Shown here one piece after another: positions 1 through 11,200 of a stretch of 64,000 nucleotides of DNA. The stretch is from Opitutaceae bacterium (GTDB lineage: Bacteria > Verrucomicrobiota > Verrucomicrobiia > Opitutales > Coraliomargaritaceae), in NCBI GenBank assembly GCA_051252375.1, contig JBPOFY010000001.1, positions 544,001-608,000 on the forward strand, written 5' to 3'. Each line of letters begins with the position of its first letter. Within the stretch, counting starts at the first letter, position 1. The notes below the pieces were generated by a model that saw only the letters and a program-made list of their open reading frames with translations, did not search any database and had not been told where the DNA came from. The position numbers and the translations under genes are program-made.

Positions 1-1
1 T

Positions 2-667
2 CTGTATGAAGACGCCTTAGAGCAATTATTGGATGCATCTAATTCATTGGAGCGCTTGGCTTCGCATATGCAAATTATTGACGACGCCAAGGTGACACTT
101 GGAGAGCTCGACTTTGTTATCTACGATAAGCTGGCCGAAACGCATATCCACTTGGAGTTGGCGGTGAAGTTTTATCTCGCAGTCGAAACCTCAAATGGCT
201 GGGAGTTCCCCGGACCTGATCCACGCGATAATTGGCAACGAAAGTTAGATCGTATGCGCACGCATCAGTTTGTGCTGGGGCAGCATCCTACTGCGCGCCA
301 TCAACTGAAAGAGCGCTTTGGTATTGAGCGTATCAAAGCACGACAGCTGATCTACGGATGCATCTTTTTACCGATGGAATGCGAGGCGGTTCCTCTGCCG
401 GATTCGATTGCTACGAATGCCCGCAAAGGTCGTTGGCTATACGCGAGTGAGTGGAATAAATTCTTCTCGGAAGTCGAAGAAGTTTTGCACGTCCCAAAAG
501 TGCTTTGGCCTGTCGAGTTGGTTTCGGAGGTGCAGGCGTCATTAGAGACGATCGATATTGGCAAACTTCATTCGTTGTCGAAAGAGCATTGCACGATGTT
601 TGTTCTGCCTGGTTCGGTTGAGCCGCGGTTTCTTGTTCCGGACAATTGGTTGGAGGTCGTGAGTTAG
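2..667 (+). CDS. DUF1853 family protein (5'-truncated by window edge)
   Basis: Frame is open from base 2 (LYEDALEQLL...). Motifs TLGELDF, HLELAVKFYL and GPDPRDNWQRKLDRM match DUF1853 (PD-(D/E)xK-like). Confidence 0.8.
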   Translation: MYEDALEQLLDASNSLERLASHMQIIDDAKVTLGELDFVIYDKLAETHIHLELAVKFYLAVETSNGWEFPGPDPRDNWQRKLDRMRTHQFVLGQHPTARHQLKERFGIERIKARQLIYGCIFLPMECEAVPLPDSIATNARKGRWLYASEWNKFFSEVEEVLHVPKVLWPVELVSEVQASLETIDIGKLHSLSKEHCTMFVLPGSVEPRFLVPDNWLEVVS

Positions 668-1101
668 TCGTTACTCACAGGCATATCCATTGGTGGCTGA
701 ACGCACATAACGCCCAACATCATTTCGATTTCCTCAATCTCTGGAATAACTACAGGGGCGGTGTTCTCTGGTGCTTTCGCTTCTTCTGAGGGAGTTGTGG
801 TCGAGCAGGCTGCCAGCATTGCTGAAGCTGTAGCGAGCGCCGCGGTCGATGCGATACGTTTTTTATAAGTGTTAATCGTATTTCTGTCAGTGACCAATTC
901 GCCGTTCAGGCTTTTGTAATAAGCAACGCAAGTCCGCTCTGTTTTGGCTTGTTTCAAAAGTGCCTCACGCTTCGAATCCGACATCTCAGAGATGTTATGG
1001 ACGCTGCGGTTGCATTGTTCGCAAAATCGAATGGAGGCGTTGCCATCCATGGCATCCCAGTTCATGGGGCAAGAGAAAGAGAGTTTTGGGGTAGGCGTCA
1101 T
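664..1101 (-). CDS. Hypothetical protein with Cys-rich N-terminal domain and internal lipobox-like segment
   Basis: CPMNWDAM...RFCEQC...VHNISEM...TC motif, hydrophobic stretch ending MLAAC, C-terminal MMLGVMC. Confidence 0.65.
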   Translation of the reverse strand: MTPTPKLSFSCPMNWDAMDGNASIRFCEQCNRSVHNISEMSDSKREALLKQAKTERTCVAYYKSLNGELVTDRNTINTYKKRIASTAALATASAMLAACSTTTPSEEAKAPENTAPVVIPEIEEIEMMLGVMCVQPPMDMPVSND

Positions 1102-1198
1102 ATATATAAGACGTCCGAGAGGCTTCTTTGTTAGAAACTTTCTGTTCTAATTGGATTGTGGGATCTTATGAAGAGTGAGGTGAGCATGTCTAAGGATT

Positions 1199-1260
1199 GG
1201 TAGGGACGTCTGCCCTCAGACGTCCGCCCCCTTGGACGCCTGAGGGCAGGCGTCCCTACC
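1199..1260. repeat. REP doublet (inverted pair, GTAG type), left of RAYT-1
   Basis: GGTAGGGACGTCTGCCCTCAGACGTCC, 8-nt spacer, GGACGCCTGAGGGCAGGCGTCCCTACC. Each half is itself a hairpin. Confidence 0.92.
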
Positions 1261-1791
1261 TTGTGGATTGACTATAGATCATATATTAGTCACGTATTTG
1301 GGGTGAGTGATTTCCCTGAAAGAAAGTGGTTGAGCCATGCTACACCCTCTTGGGTAAGTTCAAGTAATGAGCGTTTCTTTTTGACTATTTGTTGTGCTGA
1401 GCGTGGTCGGGAGCAGCTGACATTGCAGGGTATTTCTGATTCTATTCTGGAATCGGTGAGATATGGTCATCAACGTGGAGACTGGTGGATGCATTTATGT
1501 GTATTGATGCCTGATCATATGCATTGCGTTGTATCTTTTCCTGAGATGAAAGGAGGCATGACTGCTGCTATTTCAAACTGGAAACGATTGATGGCGCGTA
1601 GGCTAGGGATCAAATGGCAGAAGGGATTCTTCGACCATCGTTTGAGAACAGATGAGGCATTTGACGAGAAGGCTGCGTATGTAAGATTAAATCCAGTTCG
1701 GGCTGGCTTATGCGAGAGACCTATAGATTGGCCTCACATATGGAGTGTTGGTGGGTCTGTATTTGGCTCAGTTGATATCGCCGAAGACTAA
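1261..1791 (+). mobile_element. REP-associated tyrosine transposase (RAYT/TnpA-REP, Y1 HUH) #1; true start may be GTG 1303
   Basis: FFLTIC, VLMPDHMH (HUH), WQKGFFDHRLR, YVRLNPVRAGL (catalytic Tyr). Flanked on both sides by REP doublets. Confidence 0.92.
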
Positions 1792-1799
1792 TTGTATTT

Positions 1800-1875
1800 G
1801 GTAGGGACGTCTGCCCTCAGACGTCCGTCCGTTGGGGCTTTGCTCGGCGGACGCCTGAGGGCAGGCGTCCCTACC
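1800..1875. repeat. REP doublet right of RAYT-1
   Basis: Same two arms as 1199-1260 with a longer, different spacer. The terminal CTAC overlaps the stop codon of the next gene. Confidence 0.92.
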
Positions 1876-4813
1876 TGTTTTTTAGTGCCGCATGCAAAAT
1901 TTCAATGGGGTGCTGGGCTTTCTTTTGTGTGCCGTCTTTGATCTGATGTCGGCAACTAGTTCCGGTTGCTGCGATAATTGTATCCGCATTTTCACTACGG
2001 ATGGATGGCAGTAGCACAAGCTCGCCGATCTGCATGGAAAGGGCGAAGTGCTCTTTCTCGTAGCCGAAGGAGCCAGCCATGCCGCAACAGCCGCTGGGAA
2101 TTTGAGTGGCTGTGTGGTTCTTCGGCAGGTTGAGCGCCGCCATGCTGCCGCTGGTTCCAACCAGTGCTTTTTGGAAACAGTGCCCGTGGAGTTTGATTGT
2201 TTTCGGCTCGTCCGTGAAAGCGTCTTCGGTGATGCGTCCTGCTTTGGCTTCGCGGGCGATGAAGTCGTCGATGAGATAGCAATTGTTGGCGAGGGCTTTT
2301 GCAGTTTCTTTAAACTCGGGTTCAGCAAGATCGATGGCTTCGTCTTTAAATGTGAGGATGCTTGCTGGTTCGATGCCGACGAGTGGGCGGTCTGCGGTGA
2401 CTTTGCCTTGTAGCTTTTGAAAGTTGGCATTGATCAATGCTTTGGCTTCACGGACCAGTCCTTTCGATAGGGCGGAGCGCGCGCTTTCGCCATGCTCCGG
2501 AATCTCGACACTGTAGCCGAGTTGCTCTAAGAGTCCGACCGCCTTGATGCCGATATGGACATCGTTAAAATTTGTGTATTCATCATTGAACAGCCAGACG
2601 GGTCCGACGGTTCCTGCATTTGTGTGTGGCGTGTGTTTTTTGAACCAAACGGCAAACGTGGTCTTTGGTAAAAGAGGAATGCTGCGCTGTGGATGAAAGC
2701 CGATCAGTCGGTTGAACAATTTGCGTAGAATCGGTGTGCCGAAGCAGAAGTTCCAAAGCCATGGTGCGCGGGCGGCGATGGCTTGATTGCTTGCAAATCC
2801 AGCGATCAATCGCGAGCGCATGGGCACGCCGTTGGCATCGTAATAATGCTGCATGAACTCAGCCTTGAGTTTTGCCATGTCCACGGTGGAGGGGCATTCC
2901 TTTTTGCAACCTTTACAAGAGAGGCATAGGTCGAGCACCTCTTTGACGTCGGGATTGTCGAAGACGCTTGCTGCGCCCTTGGGTCCTTCGGTGAGTGCTT
3001 GGCGTAGCATGTTGGCGCGAGCACGGGTGGTGTCTTTCTCGTTACGCGTCGCCATGTAGCTGGGGCACATCGTGCCGCCAGTAAGTTGTGTTTTGCGACA
3101 GTCGCCGGAGCCGTTGCACATCTCGGCGGCGCCGAGCATCCCTTTGGTCGATGACCAATCAAAAACAGTGGTTGGCTCGTTCACAGTGTGTCCGGGGGCG
3201 AAGCGTAGCGAAGAGTTCATCGGTGGCGTGTCGACGATTTTGCCAGGATTGAAAATGCCTTTTGGGTCCCAGCTTTGTTTCACTTGTTTGATTAGCGCGT
3301 AATTTTTTGAGCCGATCATTCGCTCTAGAAATTCACCGCGTAAGCGGCCGTCGCCATGTTCGCCGGAGAGCGATCCTTTGTATTCTTTAACAAGCTCCGC
3401 GACGGTTTGTCCGACTTCGCGAAACATGCGGTTTCCTTCTTCGGTCTTTAAATTGATTATCGGGCGCAGGTGTATTTCGCCGGATCCGGCATGTGCGTAG
3501 TGCACGCAATCCAGTCCGAATCGTTCTTTAAGGCGTCGGTTGAATTCAGCAATATATTCGGGCAGGTCGGCGACACGGACTGCGGTGTCTTCCACGACGG
3601 GAACTGGTTTCGCATCGTCCGGAATATTGGAGAGGAGTCCGAGCCCCGCTTTGCGCAGGTCCCAGATTTTGGTGCTGTCCGCGCCAAAGAGCAAAGGGTA
3701 GGCGTAGCCGAGTTTGGCAGCACGCATGTCCGCTTCGATCTGGTCGGTGATTTGTCGGACCTCGACTTCACTCTGTCCGCGTATCTCAGTAACGAGCACA
3801 GCTCCAGGTGTCCCCTTGATAAAGAACCGATTGGCGCGGTGCTCGATGCTGCGCTCGGTGCATTCAAGTAAGTAGTGGTCGATCAGCTCTACGGCATAGC
3901 AATCGTAGCGCACCGCGATTTGCGTGGCTCGAAGCGCCTCATCGACATTGTTGAAATGCGCGCATTGCAAGCCGCACACAGGTGGCGGCAATGGTTCACA
4001 ATTCAATTTGATTTCGGTGATGAAGCAGAGCGTGCCTTCGCTACCGGCGATGAGTTTACCAAAGTGAAAAGGTTTTGCTGACTCCGAGTCGAGCGCTTCG
4101 GCATCCATCAGTAGATCGATTGCGTAACCAGTGTTCCGCCGCGGGATGTCAGGGTGGGGGAACTCTTTGCGAATTTCTTCCCGCGTCTCAGAGTCGCTCA
4201 GCATGTCGCGGATGTCGCGGTAGAGTTGTGTCTCGAGGCATTTAGGTTCGTTGCACTTGGCTTCGAATTCGTCCTTCGACAGTGAGCCAAAGACAGCTGT
4301 CGAACCATCGGCAAGCAGAGCCGTGACTTCGATGACATGCTCGCGGGTGCTCCTGTATTTTAGTGAATTGGAGCCACATGAGTTATTGCCCAGCATGCCG
4401 CCCATCATGGCGCGATTCTGGGTGGAGGTCTCGGGCCCGAAGAGTAGACCGTGCGGCTCCAGAGCCATGTTGAGTTCATTTCGGATCACGCCTGGCTGAA
4501 CCCGCACCCAATTTGCTTCGGCATTGATCTCCAAAATTTTGGTGAAGCTGCGCGAGACATCGACGACGATGCCAGAGCCCACGACTTGCCCTGCCAGTGA
4601 AGTGCCTGCAGTTCGAGGAATGAGCCCGACACCGTGAGTATTGGCGAAATTGATCAGTGCGCGTAGGTCATCGACGTCTTTAGGAAACGCTACAGCCGCC
4701 GGCAACGCTTGGTAGGCCGATGCATCCGTGGCATATACCTGGCGCATGAGTTCGCCATCGTGCAGCTCGCCGTGGAGCTGGGTTCTGAGCTCGTTAAAGG
4801 GGTAGGTCTTCAC
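1871..4813 (-). CDS. FAD-binding, 4Fe-4S-binding oxidoreductase (GlcD/GlcF fusion, YdiJ/D-2-hydroxyacid dehydrogenase-like)
   Basis: YATDAS, PRTAGTSLAGQ, SGEHGDG, CNGSGDC, CLSCKGCKKECP, CCGMAGSFG motifs. Confidence 0.9.
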   Translation of the reverse strand: MKTYPFNELRTQLHGELHDGELMRQVYATDASAYQALPAAVAFPKDVDDLRALINFANTHGVGLIPRTAGTSLAGQVVGSGIVVDVSRSFTKILEINAEANWVRVQPGVIRNELNMALEPHGLLFGPETSTQNRAMMGGMLGNNSCGSNSLKYRSTREHVIEVTALLADGSTAVFGSLSKDEFEAKCNEPKCLETQLYRDIRDMLSDSETREEIRKEFPHPDIPRRNTGYAIDLLMDAEALDSESAKPFHFGKLIAGSEGTLCFITEIKLNCEPLPPPVCGLQCAHFNNVDEALRATQIAVRYDCYAVELIDHYLLECTERSIEHRANRFFIKGTPGAVLVTEIRGQSEVEVRQITDQIEADMRAAKLGYAYPLLFGADSTKIWDLRKAGLGLLSNIPDDAKPVPVVEDTAVRVADLPEYIAEFNRRLKERFGLDCVHYAHAGSGEIHLRPIINLKTEEGNRMFREVGQTVAELVKEYKGSLSGEHGDGRLRGEFLERMIGSKNYALIKQVKQSWDPKGIFNPGKIVDTPPMNSSLRFAPGHTVNEPTTVFDWSSTKGMLGAAEMCNGSGDCRKTQLTGGTMCPSYMATRNEKDTTRARANMLRQALTEGPKGAASVFDNPDVKEVLDLCLSCKGCKKECPSTVDMAKLKAEFMQHYYDANGVPMRSRLIAGFASNQAIAARAPWLWNFCFGTPILRKLFNRLIGFHPQRSIPLLPKTTFAVWFKKHTPHTNAGTVGPVWLFNDEYTNFNDVHIGIKAVGLLEQLGYSVEIPEHGESARSALSKGLVREAKALINANFQKLQGKVTADRPLVGIEPASILTFKDEAIDLAEPEFKETAKALANNCYLIDDFIAREAKAGRITEDAFTDEPKTIKLHGHCFQKALVGTSGSMAALNLPKNHTATQIPSGCCGMAGSFGYEKEHFALSMQIGELVLLPSIRSENADTIIAATGTSCRHQIKDGTQKKAQHPIEILHAALKNR

Positions 4814-4831
4814 GGAAGTTTTTAAATCAAT

Positions 4832-6403
4832 CTAACTATTAAGATTCAAGTCCACCCAATCGATAAAGTGTTTTGCGGAGGCATCGGCTGATCGGACCGG
4901 GTGACCGCCTGCGGCTTCGACCATGTCAGCTTCGTGCGGTTCAAAGGTGCGCACGAGGACCTTAGGTTTTTCACCTTCTAAATACTGTAGGGCAACCTCG
5001 GCGTCTCGAGTGCGGCGCATAGAACAGAAGACGACGCTTGCTTGTTTGGAATTCGTTAACTTCAGGGTGTGCTCGTCAGAGCCATCTGCTTGGATACAAG
5101 TGATGCCCTCATGGATGAGCTTTCGGATAACCGCGGCGTCATCATCCACCACGACGATCTGTATGTTATGCTCTTTTAAAGATTTAACAGTTCTGGCACC
5201 AGCACGTCCATAGCCGAGTAGCACGGCGTGGTCGACCATGCTTTCGCAGCCTGATTCGCCGCGTCGATAGCGTGGGTGCAACTTCATTAAAGTCCAAGCC
5301 ACCTTCTCGCGTGAGAAGAACGGTGTGATTGTCATCGTGCTCACGGTGATGACTGCGATCATGGAAAAGAGCTCGGCCGAGATCTGACCTGAAGACACGC
5401 CTGTCAGCGCGAGTATCAGCGAAAATTCGCTGGTTTGTGAAAGCAGCACGCCGGTTTCAATGGAAGCGCGAGTGGAATATCCGACAGCTTCTGCAACGAT
5501 CGAGACGAGTATCACCGTAACGAGCACGAGCACGAAAATGAAGATCAGGCTGTGCCCCCACATCTCGGGGCTAGGTAGTGTTAATACCGCGCCGATACTG
5601 ATGAAAAAGAGCGCGAGGAAGAAGCCCGACAGTGAGCCAAGCATGCCGCGGACTAGCCCATTCATGGGAAATGCCGACAACGAGAAGCCAGCAAGGAAGG
5701 CGCCAACAATGAAGGGTAGCTCTAACAGGTAAGCCATGCCGGAGAAGGCGAACAATACTCCGAGCGCACCGAGCATGAGTTCTTCGTCATCGAGGTGGAG
5801 GCGTTTGGTGACCCAAGGCACGAACCACTTGTGCACGGCAACTGCGAGAAAGCCTAGTGCGATGGCATTGGCCACGCCGTTGATACTGGCGAGTGCGCCG
5901 TCGGGCGATTTCAGCAAGGCCACCATCAGGATGATAATGAAAATGTCCTGTAAGAGTAGCACGCCGAGCACAAGGCGTCCGAACGGCTCAAACATTTGGC
6001 GACGTTTCTGCAAGTGTCGAACCACGACCAAAGTGGAACTAGCGGAGAGTGCGCAGCCTAGGTAGAGCGAGGTGGTTAAATCGTAACCAAGAAGCATCGC
6101 AGTGAAGACGCCAGCAGCTCCGAGCGCGGTGAACTGGCTGACCGCGACAATGACGATTGACCGAGTCCGCCCTCGCATACGACGTGGGCTCAGGTCCACG
6201 CCGGCAGTGAAGACGAGCACCGCCAAACCGATTTCGATCATTTCGCTGACCAATTCCTCAGGCACTTCGATTTCGAATTGATGCGCCAATGCCCGCAGTC
6301 CAACACCGGAGAGCATCAGCAATGGGATCGGCGGCAAGTGGAAGAGCTTCGAGATGCCAAAAGCAATCGCCGCAGCGACCAATAGAATTGCGAGACCGGT
6401 CAT
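4832..6403 (-). CDS. CPA2 cation:proton antiporter with C-terminal RCK/TrkA-N domain (Kef-like)
   Basis: About 12 TM segments, [20 protein letters not shown] in the cytoplasmic domain. Confidence 0.88.
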   Translation of the reverse strand: MTGLAILLVAAAIAFGISKLFHLPPIPLLMLSGVGLRALAHQFEIEVPEELVSEMIEIGLAVLVFTAGVDLSPRRMRGRTRSIVIVAVSQFTALGAAGVFTAMLLGYDLTTSLYLGCALSASSTLVVVRHLQKRRQMFEPFGRLVLGVLLLQDIFIIILMVALLKSPDGALASINGVANAIALGFLAVAVHKWFVPWVTKRLHLDDEELMLGALGVLFAFSGMAYLLELPFIVGAFLAGFSLSAFPMNGLVRGMLGSLSGFFLALFFISIGAVLTLPSPEMWGHSLIFIFVLVLVTVILVSIVAEAVGYSTRASIETGVLLSQTSEFSLILALTGVSSGQISAELFSMIAVITVSTMTITPFFSREKVAWTLMKLHPRYRRGESGCESMVDHAVLLGYGRAGARTVKSLKEHNIQIVVVDDDAAVIRKLIHEGITCIQADGSDEHTLKLTNSKQASVVFCSMRRTRDAEVALQYLEGEKPKVLVRTFEPHEADMVEAAGGHPVRSADASAKHFIDWVDLNLNS

Positions 6404-8037
6404 CCAATCACCCCTTCTTTAGTCATCAAGTCGCGTTGAGTCACGATACCGTCGATGGCTGGCATGAGTAGATAGGCAGTGTCGAGATCGAGCAGGTCTT
6501 CCACGACAGAAATATCAAAGGCGTGGATCGCGCAGCGCACTCCGGCCGAGCGGCAGCGATACGCGAGCAAATGGTTAGTGTCTTCGATTTGGAGCGCCGA
6601 GACGACGAGCTTGGCATCGCGTAGCCCGATCTCTTCGACCACGGATTGATATTCAACGTTGCCGATTAGGATGTTCGCGCCGTCGAGTCCTTGTAGTTTA
6701 TGAGGATCGGTATCGATGGCTAAAACACGCTCACCGCGAGCGATCAGGGCTTTCACGATCTCACGGCCCAGCGCATTCATGCCCACAACTATGATATGGT
6801 CTTCCAGCGCCTCCGAGACTTCCGAGTCGGCTTCTTGTTTGGCGTGTAAAAATTTAAGCAGTCCTGTTCGTTTCACAGCTTTATAGAGGCCTTCGCTGTA
6901 AATGATAAAGTAAGACGATACCGCGATGGTGGCCATTCCGACCAGTCCGCCGAGTGCTACTACGGTGCCGCCGATGAGTCCGGTAGCGGCGCCGAGTGCG
7001 AGCAGGATGAAAGCAAACTCGCTGACTTGACCGGCTGAAATGGCTGTTTGGAATGCCGTATATTCGCTGAATTTCATTCGCGCGAGAATGGTGAAAATGA
7101 TCAGTGGTTTGATTAGTAAAACAAAGAGACTCAGCCCGAGTGCCGCAGGCCAGATGGCGGCGAGTTCACCAAACTCCATTTTGATGCCGAGCGTGACCAG
7201 AAAGACCGCGACGAAGAATGTCATCAATGGGTGCAAGCGGCGATGTAGGTCTTCGTGAATCGGCAACTGGGCGATGGCAATGCCTGCGAGGAAGGCGCCG
7301 ATCTCAACCGATAGGTGGAACTGATGCGCCAACAGCACGACCAGGAAGCACCAGCAAAGCGCCCAAATGAAAACGGTGTCAGGTGAGCGCGAGGCCCAAG
7401 CGAAAGGCTTCGGTAGTAGATATTTGGAGGCTGCTAATGAAACGAAGAGCAAAATCGCCATGCCGCCAAAGGCAAAGCCCAAGTTCTTGGCTAACTGAAT
7501 CAATTCGATCGATTCGCCGCCTCCTAGTCCGCTCAAGATTGTGAGGCCGATAATGACAACGATGTCCTGCGCTAGGAAAAGTCCAATTGCGATACGACCG
7601 AAGAGGCGATTGGTGGCACCTTTTTGATCCAGCAGTTTGATCACCACGACGGTGCTGCTGAAGGTTACAGTTGCGCCAAGGAAGACGGCTTCAATGACTT
7701 CGAAGCCCATCAACATCGCGACGATAAACCCGCCGAGTGAGGTGAAGAGCACTTGCAGGCTCCCGAGTAGCATGGCGACGCTGCCGAGGTCCTTGATCTT
7801 TTGCAGGCTGAGCTCGATGCCGACCAGGAATAGCAGTAGGGCGATGCCCAGTTCGGAAATCAGTTCCAGCGAGTGATCGAGTTCGACGAGTCCCAGCGCC
7901 GGCCCCAGCACCATGCCCGCCAAGATGTAGCCGACGATCGAAGGCATCTTAATCAGCTTGCCGAGAAAAGCAAAGCCCGCCGCCGTAATGACGATGAAAC
8001 CAAGGTTGAGAAGTAGATGTAGGTCCGGCGTGGGCAT
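6400..8037 (-). CDS. CPA2 cation:proton antiporter with RCK domain (tandem paralog)
   Basis: [36 protein letters not shown] overlap with the downstream paralog. Confidence 0.88.
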   Translation of the reverse strand: MPTPDLHLLLNLGFIVITAAGFAFLGKLIKMPSIVGYILAGMVLGPALGLVELDHSLELISELGIALLLFLVGIELSLQKIKDLGSVAMLLGSLQVLFTSLGGFIVAMLMGFEVIEAVFLGATVTFSSTVVVIKLLDQKGATNRLFGRIAIGLFLAQDIVVIIGLTILSGLGGGESIELIQLAKNLGFAFGGMAILLFVSLAASKYLLPKPFAWASRSPDTVFIWALCWCFLVVLLAHQFHLSVEIGAFLAGIAIAQLPIHEDLHRRLHPLMTFFVAVFLVTLGIKMEFGELAAIWPAALGLSLFVLLIKPLIIFTILARMKFSEYTAFQTAISAGQVSEFAFILLALGAATGLIGGTVVALGGLVGMATIAVSSYFIIYSEGLYKAVKRTGLLKFLHAKQEADSEVSEALEDHIIVVGMNALGREIVKALIARGERVLAIDTDPHKLQGLDGANILIGNVEYQSVVEEIGLRDAKLVVSALQIEDTNHLLAYRCRSAGVRCAIHAFDISVVEDLLDLDTAYLLMPAIDGIVTQRDLMTKEGVIG

Positions 8038-8292
8038 GCTTGTGTCAATGAATGACGTCTGCCCATAACTCAGCAGCTATCGTGCGCTACGTAAACGGAA
8101 ATGATCGTCGAGAGCTGATTTTCGCACGTTCCCGTTTGTAACGCCTGCATTTGATCTCCTTCCCTCTAATCCGCACGCGCGTATTCTCCGAATATATTAG
8201 TCTGCCCGTGCCCAAGATGGGGAATTCTACTCGGTTCTCAGGCTGCTATTATTTCCTTTAATATTGTATCGTATTCACTTAATAACTCCACG

Positions 8293-11200
8293 ATGGAGAC
8301 CCCGCCCATTGCCCCTTTTCTGCTGTCCGTTTTTAGTGCTTTCTTCGTGTTATCTGCTCAGGCAGATCCTTACCCTGAGTTTCTTTATCACGATGGTTTC
8401 GATGGCGATGGTTTAGGGGTCAACGCAATCAAAGGTGGCGGTCTGATCAGTGCGGGTTCCTCTGCTGCGAGCTGGAGCGATAATGGCGAAGCACTCTACG
8501 ACAACAGTGGCGCGGCGCCTGAGCAAAGGGCGATCATGTATTCCGCCAATAACTTTCAGTCCGATACTGGATTTAGACTTCATGTGAACTATGAAACTGA
8601 CTCGATTGGCACCGACGGTTCGCACAACCTTTCTTTTGGCTTGGTCAGTTCAGATACTGACTTGGCGAATTACACTGGATTCAACCCCTTTCAGGCAGAG
8701 TCGAGCGTTTACAGCATAGGCGCCAATCTCACCACTGAAGGCGGCGCTGCTTTTCGCGGTCTGAATTTCTCTGATGGTTCGTCGGTCGTCTCTCTGGATA
8801 CCTCAGGTAGTCGCCAGCAGTTCGTGGCAGGAGAATCAACGAAGGTAACGATTGAGGTCAGTTATGCGGGCTATTGGTGTTATCGCATCAATGGAGAATA
8901 TGAGGCGTCGGGCGCACTGCCAGTCGACTTTGATCTCACCAAAAATTATCATATTGTTGTTTACGGACAAGATGACAATGCGGGGAAGGCGATCCAATCG
9001 ATCACTTTAGAAAAAGGCTATGCGCAGGGAGAGCGGGCCGCTGGCATTCGGGGGAGCTGGAATTGCGGGCAAGGAGATGTGGACTTTCTTCAGAACATGA
9101 AGACCGTAAAATCCACACTAGCTAGGCTGAATGAAGGGTCGGTGGTCTCCGCAGAACATAACGCACCTCATCGCTTGTTGGAAATGATCGCGCAGGGGCT
9201 TTCAAGTGTGGGCGGCGCTGCGATCGTTTCTCCTGTGCCTGAGACGTGGGGTGACTTTAATGATGACGAGCCAGACAGCGACCGATTCCTAGATGAGGTC
9301 AGTGGCATTAGGAATGCGCAATTAGGGGCAAAAATCTATTCAAACTCAGATAATTTTACTGGAGATAACGCAGTAGACTATCAGCCTTTCGTGGATCGCT
9401 GGTTTGATTACTGTGATACAGATCCCGAGGTTCAGGCATTTATTGCCAGTCAACCCTACCATACTGGGATTTGGAATAGTGTGACTCAGCAGTATGAAGA
9501 TGCTTCTGCACAATACCCCAACCGCAAATATGTGTTTTGTTATGCAGAATTTATTCTGAAGGATTACGCGCTAAGGTATGGAAAATACGCGACGTCATGG
9601 ACTTTCGACTCTGCAAAGCATATGGTTGCAAACGGCGACAAAGATGAAAGCGGCATCATTGAAGAGCAACGTATCTACCAAGCGTTTGCTAATGCGGTAT
9701 GGGCGGGGAGTCCGGATTGTCCGGTGGCGTTTAATAATGGGCGTCTTGATAATGACTTCTTCGGTGTAGATGATGAGTTCCCGTATGCCCGCTCGACGCG
9801 CTTTGACGACTTCACCTTCGGTCATGCGCACAACGGTAATAATAATCATGCTGCTTTAGATATAAATCCTGACCGTAATGAAACTGTTTTTGCGAGTAAT
9901 TACCGGCATGTCACAAGGATGACGGCCACCAACGGCTTTGTTAAGGCAGGCGGTGCATGGGATTGGGATGATCAGGTCGTGGGCAATTACCACTCTAAAC
10001 TCGGCCCTGTATCCTGGCGTTTCAGTCAGCCTTCGGCCTGGTCTCAGGCGGAATTCAATCAGTGGAACCTTGAAGCCATTCAGGCCGGTGGACACATGAC
10101 ATGGGAGGGCTCTATCCCAAGGGCGGGCCCACCACTAAGAAGTTGGGCGCAGGACTTAATTGCAGCAACCGACGCATATTTAGCGGTCAATGCATTTCCT
10201 GGCACTCCTGGTTGGGCTCGAAAATATACAGACCTCCCTGATGCTCGTGTCGGGCAGCCTTACTATCACGTTCTCGTGGAAGGGGTCGATTTCTGGGATC
10301 CTGAGGGAGATGATATCGCGAGCGTTACAGCGATTGCAGACGGATTTTTCTCCCAGGTGCCTTCATGGCTTACGATTACTGAAGATCTAAATCAGGCAGG
10401 AGACTGGATACTCAGTGGTGTTCCTACAGAAGCGTCTTCAATCTCATATGAATTTATTTTAGAAGCGACTGACGTTAATAATGATTCCGGAAGTCGTAGT
10501 GTGGAACTTCAAGTGATTGATGTCCCGAATCTGTTTATCGCAGAATGGAAGTTTGATGAGGGAGTGGGGGCAGTTGTCGCAGACAGTGTCTCAGGTCTTT
10601 ATGAAGCTACGAGAGCGACCGGAGCTTGGGTAGCTGGTGCATATGGTAGCGCGATGGAATTTGATGGAAGCCAAGCAGGTTTAATTCTTCCCGCTGGGGC
10701 TTTTTCTGAGGTGAGTGCCACCAATGAAATTACGATTTCCATGTGGGTGAATGGAGATCCCTCGCAGCCAGTTGCAGATACGATTTTTAATGCGAGAGAC
10801 AGTTCTGACATTCGAATGCTCAATATCCACCTGCCATGGAGCACTGAAGAAGTCATTTGGGATGGAGGAAATGCCGACGGGTATGATCGCGTAAGGAAAG
10901 ACACGATTCCGTCTGAATACGAAGGCAGTTGGAATCACTGGATCTTCACAAAGAATACGAATACTGGGGAGATGGCCATTTATCTCAATGGGTCGCTTTG
11001 GCACTCCGTAATGGGCAAAACAACAGAAATCGGCGAGATCGAGGATGTCGTGTTAGGCAACGATGTAGATGGTGGAGGTGGCTACTCTGGCGCAATCGAT
11101 GAAGTGAGGATTTACGCGCGTGCTTTGAGTAGTTCTGAAGTCGCGAGTCTTAACGCATCTTATACAGTTCGAGATGCCTACAATCTGTGGTTTGATGGCT

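Noticed and set aside
1261..1791. IS200/IS605 insertion sequence
   Set aside because: No tnpB. Paired GTAG REP doublets on both sides fit RAYT better.
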